Positions 49,088 to 58,774 of a stretch of 64,000 nucleotides of DNA are shown in pieces; the first letter of the stretch is position 1; each line of letters starts with the position of its first letter. The DNA comes from Bacteroidia bacterium. Lineage in GTDB: Bacteria; Bacteroidota; Bacteroidia; NS11-12g; UBA9320. Both the position numbers and the translations under genes were made by a program. The DNA lies in the NCBI GenBank assembly GCA_965216465.1, contig CBDCFW010000006.1, positions 128,001-192,000 of the forward strand. The letters are read 5' to 3'. Below the pieces are notes generated by a model that ran no database searches, was not told the origin of the DNA, and was given only the letters and a program-made list of their open reading frames with translations.

Positions 49088-52000
49088 TTATTCAAAACCC
49101 TGCAAGGGAGGAGCACCAAGCTCATCAAGCTCAGCCTCAATTTGATTAAGCACTTCTGCTATGGCATCAAGTTTGGCATTCATTTCCGTCATCATTTCTT
49201 GTGCCATTTTGAGGTTTTCTCTGGATGTTTGAGTTGGACCATGAAGACTTCCGTACATCGGTGCTCCAGCAGCTGTAATTCTACTATTTATGCTAGGTAA
49301 ATTTTTCTCACCGACTTGATTCTTGGTTTGATAGCCATATAATTCTTTAGAGATAGACTTCAGCTTTTTGTGCTCATCATTAAGTTTTTGATGCACTGCA
49401 GAAATATCACCGCTTGCATTAAGTAATGATACCGCTAAGGCACTTGCCAAACGGTTAAGTTCATTGAACTTGAAGTTGAGATTATTGCGTTCACCACTTG
49501 CTCTCAAATACTCTTCGTAGTAAGTCTCACGTGTTTCTTTTGTTACAGGTGCTAAGCTCGGTTCATGTAATCGGTTCACATGGAATTGAACCGGTGTAGA
49601 AAGAGTTATCAATTCTCCACTGATTGACTTCACAATTTCTGCTGTATAAACCCCTTCGCTTACCATAAATCCTCTGGCTTCATTGCTGCCTGGTTTTGCT
49701 CTTTGACTTATTGGTAGAATTAGCATGCTTCTCAAATTCCATGAAACACGATGAAACCCTTTTGAATGTGCGACTTTTTGTCGACTAATAACCTTTCCCG
49801 TTTCATCTCGAATGACCAACCAGTAGGCAACCTTGTCTTCCATTTTTTCGGCTTCAAGATTGTCCCAGCCTGGAAAATCAATATCTCGTTCTTCTTTGTT
49901 GCAAGCCCGTTCTTCTTTCTTTCTCAACTTACTTGGACTTGTATAATCTTCTGAAACAAAATAGGTAAACATTGCCCCAAACTGTGGATTTTGACCCACA
50001 AAATGCTGACCACCCAGCGAACCGGTATTTCCTCGTCCAGTACCTCTTGGCACAAACAAATCTGCATCACGAAGACTGAACAAACTTGTTTCTGCCTCTA
50101 GCATAGTGTCATTCAACTCTCTTAAAAATGAATAGTCATCAAACACATAGATTCCTCTACCAAATGAAGCAATTACTAAGTCATTTTCTCTCTTTTGAAT
50201 CGCTAAATCTCTTATGGAGATGGTTGGTAGTCCTCCTGATAATTTATGCCAGTGCTTGCCACCATTTATTGAAGTATACAGGCCAAACTCTGTACCTATG
50301 AAGAGTAGATTTGGATTAACATGGTCTTGAACAATTCGCCATACGTAGTTATTCTCTGGCAAATTCGATGATATCAATTTCCAGCTTTTACCTTTATTTC
50401 TACTTACATATACATAGGGCTTGTAATCTCCTGATTTGTGATTATCTAGCAGTAAATAAACCGTGTTAGCATCGTGAAGGTCTGCTTTAATATCATTCAC
50501 ATAGGCTCTTTTGGGAGACCCTGGCAAATTCTTAACATCGGTGGTCGACCATTCTTTCCCTGCATTGTCGGTTACATGTATTAGTCCATCATCTGTGCCG
50601 ATATAAATTAAATCCCTTTGCAATGGACTTTCAGAAATTGAAGTAATGGTATTGTAGTTACTCATTGCATATACATCCCACGCATTGTTATAGCTTTGCT
50701 TTCTGCCCATAATTGGCAGATCAAATCGCTCTTCATTTCTTGTAAGGTCGTTAGACAACCGCTCCCATGAATCTCCCCTGTCGTTTGATCTCCATAAATG
50801 TTGAGAAGCCACATAAATCTGAGCCGGATTATGCGGGCTTACTAAAATTGGGGCGTCCCAATTGTATCGCTCATAATGATCATTCTTCAACGGCTGAGGT
50901 TGAACTCTAACCCTTTCACCGGTTTTAACATCTATTCTAGAATAAAAGCCTTCTTGGCTTTGTGCGTACATGATATTTGGATTTCCTGGTTCTGTGGCAG
51001 GCTGATGTCCATCTCCACCTAAAACAACAGTCCACAAACCGGCTTCAATTCCACCTCGATGATCAGTACGTGAAGGTCCACCTTGTGTATTATTGTCTTG
51101 CGTTCCACCATAAATGGTGTAAAACGGCTTGCTATCATCAAGAGCTATTTTATAGTACTGAGTTAGTGGGAGGTTCCCAAAATGTCGCCAATTGGCTGCA
51201 TTGTCAAAGCTCTCATATAATCCTCCATCAGTTCCAACGAGTATATAATCTGGATCACTGCTTTTGAATGTAACGATGTGATTATCAACATGCTTTCGTT
51301 TGTTCGGTACGCGATTAAAAGTTTTCCCTCCATCATTAGAAACCTGAAGATAATTATTTGCCAGGTAGATTCTATCAAAGTGATGCGGACATGCCCAAAG
51401 CTCTTGATAGTAGTGAGGTCCTGTTCCGCCTGCAACTTTATCAGACATTTTGGACCAACTGGCACCTTGATTTTCACTTTTGTAAACCCCTCCTTTTTTA
51501 AGTTCTAGTTCCATTGCGGCGTAAACGACATCTGGATTAATAGGAGATATTGCTAAACCAATCTTCCCTACTACTCCACTAGGTAATCCTGTTTTAAGCT
51601 TTGTCCAGGTCTTTCCTCCGTCAGTGCTTTTGTGAATGCCAGATTTTGGCCCTCCACCTAGATAGGAAGCAACTGTTCGGTGACGTTGCCATGTAGCGGC
51701 ATACAACACATCTGGATTTCTTGGATCAATTAAAAGATCGGTTGCTCCGGTCCACTCATCGCTACTTAGTACCTTTTTCCACTTCTTACCTCCATTAATA
51801 GTCTTGTAAACCCCTCTTTCACCTCCGCCATTCCACAGTGGCCCTTGAGCAGCAACCCAAACGATGTTTGGGTCTGTTGGGTGTACGATTATTTTTGATA
51901 TGTGTTCTGAAGATCTTAACCCCATGTTAGTCCATGAGATTCCGCCATTGGTACTACGATAAATTCCATCCCCAATACTTACATGTCTACCTCCAACATT

Positions 52001-52345
52001 CTCACCTGTTCCAACCCAAATGGTACTAGAATTTGACGGGTCGATGGTAACACAGCCAATTGAGTATACAGCTTGTTTATCAAATATTGGCTTAAACGTA
52101 ACTCCTGAATTATGCGTTTCCCACACCCCACCAGAACCGGCTGCAACGTACCAATGATTTTCATCATTTTGATCGATTGCAATATCAGCTATTCTTCCAG
52201 ACATAAAACCAGGCCCTATACTCCTTAAATTTATACCGCCAAAAGTCAAACTATCCCATGTTGAGATTTTTTGACTGTAGACTTGAAAAGATGAAAGGAT
52301 AAAGAAGGTTAGTAGTATGCGTTTGAGAGGTTTATAATTGTTCAT
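49088..52345 (-). CDS. VPS10/sortilin-like (BNR/Asp-box repeat) secreted protein
   Basis: RSIGPGFMSGRIADI, many S-x-D/N-G-G-x-T/S-W Asp-boxes, coiled C-terminus. Confidence 0.85.
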   Translation of the reverse strand: MNNYKPLKRILLTFFILSSFQVYSQKISTWDSLTFGGINLRSIGPGFMSGRIADIAIDQNDENHWYVAAGSGGVWETHNSGVTFKPIFDKQAVYSIGCVTIDPSNSSTIWVGTGENVGGRHVSIGDGIYRSTNGGISWTNMGLRSSEHISKIIVHPTDPNIVWVAAQGPLWNGGGERGVYKTINGGKKWKKVLSSDEWTGATDLLIDPRNPDVLYAATWQRHRTVASYLGGGPKSGIHKSTDGGKTWTKLKTGLPSGVVGKIGLAISPINPDVVYAAMELELKKGGVYKSENQGASWSKMSDKVAGGTGPHYYQELWACPHHFDRIYLANNYLQVSNDGGKTFNRVPNKRKHVDNHIVTFKSSDPDYILVGTDGGLYESFDNAANWRHFGNLPLTQYYKIALDDSKPFYTIYGGTQDNNTQGGPSRTDHRGGIEAGLWTVVLGGDGHQPATEPGNPNIMYAQSQEGFYSRIDVKTGERVRVQPQPLKNDHYERYNWDAPILVSPHNPAQIYVASQHLWRSNDRGDSWERLSNDLTRNEERFDLPIMGRKQSYNNAWDVYAMSNYNTITSISESPLQRDLIYIGTDDGLIHVTDNAGKEWSTTDVKNLPGSPKRAYVNDIKADLHDANTVYLLLDNHKSGDYKPYVYVSRNKGKSWKLISSNLPENNYVWRIVQDHVNPNLLFIGTEFGLYTSINGGKHWHKLSGGLPTISIRDLAIQKRENDLVIASFGRGIYVFDDYSFLRELNDTMLEAETSLFSLRDADLFVPRGTGRGNTGSLGGQHFVGQNPQFGAMFTYFVSEDYTSPSKLRKKEERACNKEERDIDFPGWDNLEAEKMEDKVAYWLVIRDETGKVISRQKVAHSKGFHRVSWNLRSMLILPISQRAKPGSNEARGFMVSEGVYTAEIVKSISGELITLSTPVQFHVNRLHEPSLAPVTKETRETYYEEYLRASGERNNLNFKFNELNRLASALAVSLLNASGDISAVHQKLNDEHKKLKSISKELYGYQTKNQVGEKNLPSINSRITAAGAPMYGSLHGPTQTSRENLKMAQEMMTEMNAKLDAIAEVLNQIEAELDELGAPPLQGFE

Positions 52346-52424
52346 GTATAGGGACCAAATTTAGCCGAATTTTGAGATATCGAGCAATGAACTCTAATTT
52401 GGTTAATCTGTTACCTTTGTATCA

Positions 52425-53429
52425 ATGAATAAGATCGAAGAATTATTGCAAGACCGTATATTGTTTCTAGATGGAGCTATGGGCACCATGATACAGCGGT
52501 ATAAGCTTACTGAAGAACAGTATCGTGGAGAGCGTTTTGCTAATTTCGATCAAAATTTAAAAGGCAACAATGATTTGCTGTCAATAACTCAACCTCAAAT
52601 TATTGAAGGGATTCACAATCAATTTCTCGAGGCAGGTGCTGATATTATCGAAACCAACACATTTAACAGTACAACGGTTTCTATGGAAGACTACAGCATG
52701 CAATTCTTAGTTGAAGAGTTAAATATCGCCTCGGCTAAAATTGCAAGGAAGTGTGCAGACGAATTCACAGCTAAAAATCCAGACAAACCAAGATTTGTAG
52801 CGGGTTCAATGGGACCAACAAACAAGACATCTTCACTATCTCCTGATGTTAACAGACCTGGATTTAGAGCCATTGATTTTGACGAGTTGAAGGATGCATA
52901 CAAACAACAAGCTCACGCGTTAATCGAAGGCGGCGTTGATCTGTTACTAATTGAAACTGTATTTGATACGCTCAATTGCAAGGCTGCAATTTTTGCCATA
53001 ATGGAATTAAATGATGAACATGGTTACGACATACCAATGATGATCTCTGGTACCATTACCGACGCCAGTGGTAGAACTCTAAGCGGCCAAACGGTTGAAG
53101 CCTTTTGGTACAGTGTGAGCCATGCTAACCCATTAAGTATTGGACTGAACTGTGCTTTGGGAGCTGAGCAAATGAGACCATTTATCAAAAATTTGAGTGA
53201 TAAAGCTTGGTGTAGAATTTCTGCTCACCCAAATGCTGGTTTACCAAACGAATTTGGAGAATATGATGAAACTCCAGAAAGCATGAGTGCAGTTATCGGA
53301 GAATTTGCCGATAGCGGATTCTTAAATATTGTTGGAGGTTGTTGCGGAACCACTCCAGAACATCTAAAAGCAATAATTGAGCGTGTACAGCAAACAGAGC
53401 CTCGACGAGTTCCAGAATTGACTGCTTAG
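52425..53429 (+). CDS. metH: Homocysteine-binding (N-terminal) half of split B12-dependent methionine synthase
   Basis: [49 protein letters not shown]. Stops before the pterin domain. Confidence 0.88.
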   Translation: MNKIEELLQDRILFLDGAMGTMIQRYKLTEEQYRGERFANFDQNLKGNNDLLSITQPQIIEGIHNQFLEAGADIIETNTFNSTTVSMEDYSMQFLVEELNIASAKIARKCADEFTAKNPDKPRFVAGSMGPTNKTSSLSPDVNRPGFRAIDFDELKDAYKQQAHALIEGGVDLLLIETVFDTLNCKAAIFAIMELNDEHGYDIPMMISGTITDASGRTLSGQTVEAFWYSVSHANPLSIGLNCALGAEQMRPFIKNLSDKAWCRISAHPNAGLPNEFGEYDETPESMSAVIGEFADSGFLNIVGGCCGTTPEHLKAIIERVQQTEPRRVPELTA

Positions 53430-53626
53430 TCTTGGCTGTCTCTTTTCTTTTTTCTCATCTGCATACGACGTAGCATCGCATAACGAAAAAATGCAAACAA
53501 TCCGATAGCAACAAATAGCCATGCTCGGCTACTATTTCCAATACTAAAGCTTGCATAAGATTCATAGGTACAAACAGCTGCAACAAAGAGCCAAACTATT
53601 TGCACAATTCGGGTAAGATTATTCAA
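53426..53626 (-). CDS. Small membrane protein downstream of lptC
   Basis: Two hydrophobic segments and a basic tail. Overlaps the lptC stop. Confidence 0.6.
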   Translation of the reverse strand: MNNLTRIVQIVWLFVAAVCTYESYASFSIGNSSRAWLFVAIGLFAFFRYAMLRRMQMRKKKRDSQD

Positions 53627-54224
53627 TTTCTTCTGGTTTAGATGGTTCTATTTCTTCGTCCAAATATACAATTCCGGTTACTTTCTTAAAGGTGTAACGG
53701 ATAAAAGACTCATCACTCTCAAAGCCTTCAGCCATGATTATTTTTTCGTCTCGGATTCGAACTCTAACTGGTTTATCAGAAGTTACGGTACGTTTCTTTT
53801 TATCCCAGATTAGCTCATCGGTCTTAAACTCCTCATCGTTAATATTGATAACTCGAACACTGTCGCGAATCTCAATAATGTCTTTACGTTCATAATTTAT
53901 TGCGTACCGAGCAGAAAGAGAACTTTGCAAATCACCGTACTCATTAAAGAAATTGGCCTTTACACCATCTGGCATCTCCAAATATGGTTCGTCGGCGTCG
54001 GGCTTTCTTTTCATTGTAGGAGCGAAAATTTTAGCCCGAAGAATAGCAGAATCTGTGTAGACAATCTTAACGTCTTTTGCGACTTCTATAGACAGACTAT
54101 CTTGAAGTTTATTAAACTCAGCCAGTTCTTCTTCCGTTTTACTAGTTGAACATGAAACAACAAAAGCGGCAATAAGAATCACCGCTTTTGTCAAAATATT
54201 TAAGTTATGTGGGATAATTTTCAC
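53619..54224 (-). CDS. lptC: LPS export ABC transporter periplasmic protein LptC
   Basis: Lipobox VVSC, YTDSA..RAKI.AP, EMPDG, TDELIWD, GFESD. Conserved Bacteroidota synteny with the TPR gene and coaX. Start uncertain. Confidence 0.8.
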   Translation of the reverse strand: MKIIPHNLNILTKAVILIAAFVVSCSTSKTEEELAEFNKLQDSLSIEVAKDVKIVYTDSAILRAKIFAPTMKRKPDADEPYLEMPDGVKANFFNEYGDLQSSLSARYAINYERKDIIEIRDSVRVININDEEFKTDELIWDKKKRTVTSDKPVRVRIRDEKIIMAEGFESDESFIRYTFKKVTGIVYLDEEIEPSKPEEIE

Positions 54225-55567
54225 TATCCTCCAATAGTTCTCACTACCGTAGTTTCTCCAATCCAGCAACCAACTGTGTAAGAGTCACCATTATTAATTC
54301 CTTTGAAGAAAGCAATTTCTTTATCAGGAAAGTATCCCGTTACTTTAGAAAGCTTGGTGTTAGCTGTTTCTGCAATACTAGGATCTACATTTCTTGCTTT
54401 AATGTATTTGTCTGCAGCAGCTAAGTAAACACCAGAAGCTCCTAGGTCTCCAGTTCCGCAGCTTGTAGCACTTGCTTTGTAAGCATCACCAATTAAGATG
54501 TAAGCTTCTCCACTGTTAGGATTAATTGCAATTGCCTTGCGAGCATACTCACGAACTTTAGAATACTTCTTGTTGTTCTTGCTTGTTTTAGCCAGCTTAA
54601 TATAGATGTCGTATTTTTCTTCATCCGTTGGTGCAAGCTCAGCTGCTTTATTGTAATACAGTGCAGCTTTTTCTTCGTTGTCAATCTTACCGAATGCTTT
54701 TGCAAGTGAAAGAGCAGATTCTGTAGAAGGTTCTAATGCAAATAATTGCTCCGAACTTTTAAGGAAAAATTCATTTCCTTCACATCCTCCTCTACCCATA
54801 ATCTTAACAGTAGAACTTAACCAAGCTGCATTTTCTTTGTTGTCTTCGTATGCAGGCTCTCTTAATTCAACGAGCTTGTCGCAATCAAGGTATGGCTTAA
54901 GCATTTTAATGATAGACTCTTGAGTAGCAATCCATTTAGTTCCTTTAATTGAGTCTTTCTCACTCAATCCTGGAGCTGAGTACTTGCCAATATTTTCATC
55001 AATGATTGGAGTTAATTTATCAAGAATGATCAGTAAGCTATCTACAGAAAGCTTCTTTCTCTTGTATTGTTTTAAAGCTGCATATACAAAATCTTTTGGA
55101 AGTTTGTAAGTTGTATTACCACCTTCTAATTCAATAGATTTAAAGAACAATTCAATAGCTTCTTCTCTTCTCTTTGGAGCAAGTTTAGCCATATCATCGG
55201 CTTTCTTACCGAGAACATAACCTTCCTTTCCAAAGTACTCGATTCTTTTATCGTGAACCATTAATAGGGTGTCAACTAAACCATCCCAACGTGGTTTGTA
55301 TTGCTCATCTTTCAATGCTTTTTTGATAATGTACGGACCATTGTAAGTAATTCTTTTTTGCACGCAAGGAGCGTTAACAAATAAGTAGTACCAGTATGGA
55401 AATGCTTCTACATACTTCTTCTCTTGGTAGTACTGGTTGAACATTGAAAGATTTTTTTGAGTTTCTACACTGTCAGTACCCCACTTGTTTTCACAATCAG
55501 GAGCGTTTTGTGCGTTTGCCATAAACCCGCTAACAAGCAGGGCAGCGATCAAAAGAATTTTGTTCAT
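54224..55567 (-). CDS. Exported tetratricopeptide-repeat protein
   Basis: Signal peptide, TPR helices, C-terminal FP..EIAFF...VGCWIGETT. Confidence 0.8.
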   Translation of the reverse strand: MNKILLIAALLVSGFMANAQNAPDCENKWGTDSVETQKNLSMFNQYYQEKKYVEAFPYWYYLFVNAPCVQKRITYNGPYIIKKALKDEQYKPRWDGLVDTLLMVHDKRIEYFGKEGYVLGKKADDMAKLAPKRREEAIELFFKSIELEGGNTTYKLPKDFVYAALKQYKRKKLSVDSLLIILDKLTPIIDENIGKYSAPGLSEKDSIKGTKWIATQESIIKMLKPYLDCDKLVELREPAYEDNKENAAWLSSTVKIMGRGGCEGNEFFLKSSEQLFALEPSTESALSLAKAFGKIDNEEKAALYYNKAAELAPTDEEKYDIYIKLAKTSKNNKKYSKVREYARKAIAINPNSGEAYILIGDAYKASATSCGTGDLGASGVYLAAADKYIKARNVDPSIAETANTKLSKVTGYFPDKEIAFFKGINNGDSYTVGCWIGETTVVRTIGG

Positions 55568-55572
55568 AATGT

Positions 55573-56943
55573 TTATCGATATTTTCTTTTTGTAAACCAT
55601 TTATCGTTTAAGTTTAATCCTATTCCTATGTTTATATAATCTTCTTGTATCAGGTTGTTGGTTGTTGTTCCTCGGCGAATGTATTCTGCTGTAAGATTCA
55701 CTCTGCTTACAATTGGAATTTTTTCGTCTTCAACACGTACAACTTTCGTTACTGGTATTGCTAGTCCAAAACTTATGCCAAGTTCAGCAATTTGCTGGTC
55801 GAAGAAGTTGTAATACATCTTTTCGTAGCTAAAACCAGCACTATACCTCACTTTTTTAAGAAATTGGCCAACCTCAGCATAATTTGGGGTCGGTATTACT
55901 GAGAACCCAAAACCATAACGTTCATTATCAAAGAACTGTTTGTTATTGATATCATTTGTTACATCAGACCAAAAGTTCTTTTCATATTCTAAGTTTAAGC
56001 TCCATTTCTCTCCATTCGACATCGAATAACCTACTCCAAAACCACCCGGCTTTAAAGCTGTATTTGTTTGATTATCAATGAACTGAATAGTATCAATAGG
56101 CGTTAATATTCCTTGCTCAAACTTTCTTCCAAAAAAGGTCTCGGTGTAGGTATACCCATTGCCTACAAGGTCAGACTGGGTATGAAATGATGCAGCAAAA
56201 GTGTGATTTAACTTTCCTGTTTCATATTTTTTAATGCCCGATGTGTCTCCTTTGGTTCGTACTCTTGTTCGTATAGAATTTTGTACAGTGTATTGAACAC
56301 CTAAATCGTAGTCAATTCCATTGTATGCGAAAAAAGACTCGTCGCTATAACTGAAGTTATCATCAGTTAACGGGTAAACTTTTGCATATAATGATTGAAT
56401 CTTTCCAAAGTTAAAATTAGCGTTAAACCCAACATTAAGATTCTTTATCACTTCTAAGCCGTAACCAACATAAACCCTGTTTATCCCTCCTGTACCTCGA
56501 TACAAATCATAATAAGAAGGAGTATCTGTGCTCACTGTATTCTTTATATCGTACCCTACATCGCTGTATTGGTTAGTTCCAAAACTAACCGCCATCGGAC
56601 GATCTGTTTCAAATGGGAAAGCCATTGCAAAGTGACTGAGATTTCCAGCTCGGGTATTTGCAGAACGGGTATCGGTTTGCAATTTCCCTAAACTCGAGTA
56701 CAATCCAACATCATAAACTGTAAATTTCAAATTGGCATAACTTGCCGGATTAAGAGCTGTAAAACTGCTATTCAGGGTTGAAGCAATTGATGTTCTTCCC
56801 ATTGCCGTATGCTGAGAAAAACCTCGAAACTTCAGTTCTCCTAAACCCGATATGCTGTAAGGAGAAGTTGTTCCTGTTTGTGCAGAAGCAACCCCTGTAA
56901 AGCTTATCAGAAGCACGAGTAAAAACTTATAACCCTTAACCAT
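55573..56943 (-). CDS. Outer-membrane beta-barrel protein (FadL/OmpP1-like fold)
   Basis: SPYSISGLGE, NPASYA, SDVGY, GTGGIN, C-terminal LNDKWFTKRKY. Confidence 0.75.
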   Translation of the reverse strand: MVKGYKFLLVLLISFTGVASAQTGTTSPYSISGLGELKFRGFSQHTAMGRTSIASTLNSSFTALNPASYANLKFTVYDVGLYSSLGKLQTDTRSANTRAGNLSHFAMAFPFETDRPMAVSFGTNQYSDVGYDIKNTVSTDTPSYYDLYRGTGGINRVYVGYGLEVIKNLNVGFNANFNFGKIQSLYAKVYPLTDDNFSYSDESFFAYNGIDYDLGVQYTVQNSIRTRVRTKGDTSGIKKYETGKLNHTFAASFHTQSDLVGNGYTYTETFFGRKFEQGILTPIDTIQFIDNQTNTALKPGGFGVGYSMSNGEKWSLNLEYEKNFWSDVTNDINNKQFFDNERYGFGFSVIPTPNYAEVGQFLKKVRYSAGFSYEKMYYNFFDQQIAELGISFGLAIPVTKVVRVEDEKIPIVSRVNLTAEYIRRGTTTNNLIQEDYINIGIGLNLNDKWFTKRKYR

Positions 56944-57631
56944 GATGTATTAGTAAATAATTAAGCCCTTCCAAAACCAATTTTGGGCGTGCGAATATCT
57001 CATTTTTCAACTCTTTTGCAAAATCTATCTTGTGTCTGCTACAATCAACGATTTTAAGTTCACCAATTTGGGTATTCAATTGACGAACGTAACCCAAAAT
57101 CTCATGAACGACAGACTGATAAACACCTACTTGCATTGATTGCTCAGTCGATTTACCTGGAAATGTTACTTTATTGTTAAATTTTATAAGTGGAAGTGCA
57201 GATGTAAACTCATTCATCGCTCTAAAACGCATATCCAATCCTGGAGAAATAATACCTCCATTAAATGTAGACTTTGAGAGCCAATCGATGGTTAGACAGG
57301 TACCGAGGTCTACAATTAGCCAATCAGAGTCTTTCGAAATTGAGTAAGCACCAACTGCAGTAGCTATTCTATCAGGACCTAAGGTCTCTGGAGTATCATA
57401 GTTCAACTCGATAGGCATATCAGTACTATCACTGAGATAGTGCCTCGGTTCTAAAAGTTCTTCAATTTCACTATCAGTACCTGTTTTTGAAACTAAAACC
57501 TTAGGCCTAAAGTCAGCAACGATTTGCTTAAAATGATCTGACGTAAAGGGATTATAGTACTCTATTTCTCTTTCTCCCTCATACAAGGCAGCTTTAGTAG
57601 ATGTGTTTCCAATGTCAATGCACAAGTTCAT
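56936..57631 (-). CDS. coaX: Type III pantothenate kinase
   Basis: IDIGNT, TLGPDR, VDLGTCLTID, GGIISPGL, LVLEGL. Confidence 0.92.
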   Translation of the reverse strand: MNLCIDIGNTSTKAALYEGEREIEYYNPFTSDHFKQIVADFRPKVLVSKTGTDSEIEELLEPRHYLSDSTDMPIELNYDTPETLGPDRIATAVGAYSISKDSDWLIVDLGTCLTIDWLSKSTFNGGIISPGLDMRFRAMNEFTSALPLIKFNNKVTFPGKSTEQSMQVGVYQSVVHEILGYVRQLNTQIGELKIVDCSRHKIDFAKELKNEIFARPKLVLEGLNYLLIHHG

Positions 57632-58356
57632 ACGATCCATTTTTCTTTGTGATGTTCAACTTCTTTAAAATTATCGCCATCTTTCACTAGCAAATTTCCA
57701 TTCTTCAACACAGAAAGAATGCGATATGTACTAATACCTTGATCGGATTGAAATGTTACATCTTCATCTTTTCGGTATAATGAGTTGTTATACATCAGCG
57801 ACAACTCAGTTTCAGCAATTTTGGAGTGCAAGTACAATTCATCATAAAGGGCATGCAATACCTCTACAACATCTTGATCATTGTTAAGCTCCACCTTTAG
57901 CGATGTAGCGTTTAACCGTTCAAAATCTAGCTGATTAACGTTTAACCCAATACCGATAACACATGCTTTAATGTTGTTTCCTGAAATAATATTTTCAACC
58001 AGAACACCTGCGATCTTATGATTGCCTACATAAACATCGTTAGGCCACTTTATTGCAATATTTTGAATACCTCTTTTTTCAAGAACGGATTTAATGGCTA
58101 AAGAAGCGGCTTGATTCAACATTGGCAACTGCTCAACAGCAGACACATTATCAATTAAAAAACTAGCATTGATATTCAAACCTTTATCGCTGAGCCATTG
58201 CTTGTTACGCTGACCTCGACCCGCTGTTTGATAACTTGCAGACACGCAGTATGGAGCAAATAAATCTCGTTGCCTAAGTTCCATTTTTAAATACGTGTTC
58301 GTGGAGTCTACTTCATCTAAAAACGTGATGTTGTACCGCTGTAAATAATTACTCAA
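57628..58356 (-). CDS. birA: Biotin--[acetyl-CoA-carboxylase] ligase (no HTH domain)
   Basis: DSTN, QTAGRGQR, IKWPND, KIAGVLVE, GIGLNVNQ. Confidence 0.93.
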   Translation of the reverse strand: MSNYLQRYNITFLDEVDSTNTYLKMELRQRDLFAPYCVSASYQTAGRGQRNKQWLSDKGLNINASFLIDNVSAVEQLPMLNQAASLAIKSVLEKRGIQNIAIKWPNDVYVGNHKIAGVLVENIISGNNIKACVIGIGLNVNQLDFERLNATSLKVELNNDQDVVEVLHALYDELYLHSKIAETELSLMYNNSLYRKDEDVTFQSDQGISTYRILSVLKNGNLLVKDGDNFKEVEHHKEKWIV

Positions 58357-58375
58357 TGGTATTGAAGTATTAATT

Positions 58376-58394
58376 TAATTTTGCAGCAAATTTA
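58376..58394. promoter_or_regulatory. Overlapping opposed -7 elements serving rsfS (+) and the birA operon (-)
   Basis: TAATTTTG (+, 58376-58383), CAG, then CAAATTTA (TAAATTTG on -, 58387-58394). Confidence 0.55.
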
Positions 58395-58402
58395 TCGGAT
58401 TA

Positions 58403-58774
58403 ATGGCAAAAGACACAAAGATAGCAGATATGCTCGCAGAGGTAATCATAAAGGGCATGCAAGATAAGAAAGCGAAGAACATCGTTAAGATTGACCTATC
58501 GCAGATTAACGAAGCAGCTGCCGATTACTTTGTAATATGCCATGGAGACAGTGATCGCCAAGCAAAAGCTATTGCCGATTGGGTTATCGATGAGACGAAT
58601 ACGGTTCTCAATGAAAAGCCACTACACAAAGAAGGTGAAACTCACGCTCGCTGGATACTCTTAGACTATTCTAATGTGGTTGTTCATGTGTTTCAAAAAG
58701 ACGTGCGAGAATTTTACGAAATAGAAGACTTGTGGCACGATGGCAAGTTTACTTCTTATGAAGACGTAGCCTAA
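58403..58774 (+). CDS. rsfS: Ribosome silencing factor
   Basis: DKKA.NI, DYFVICHG, WILLDY.NVVVHVF...REFYEIEDLW. Confidence 0.95.
   Translation: MAKDTKIADMLAEVIIKGMQDKKAKNIVKIDLSQINEAAADYFVICHGDSDRQAKAIADWVIDETNTVLNEKPLHKEGETHARWILLDYSNVVVHVFQKDVREFYEIEDLWHDGKFTSYEDVA

Noticed and set aside
52346-52424. SAM or cobalamin riboswitch ahead of metH
   Set aside because: The gap is 79 bp, holds two divergent promoter boxes and shows no aptamer consensus.
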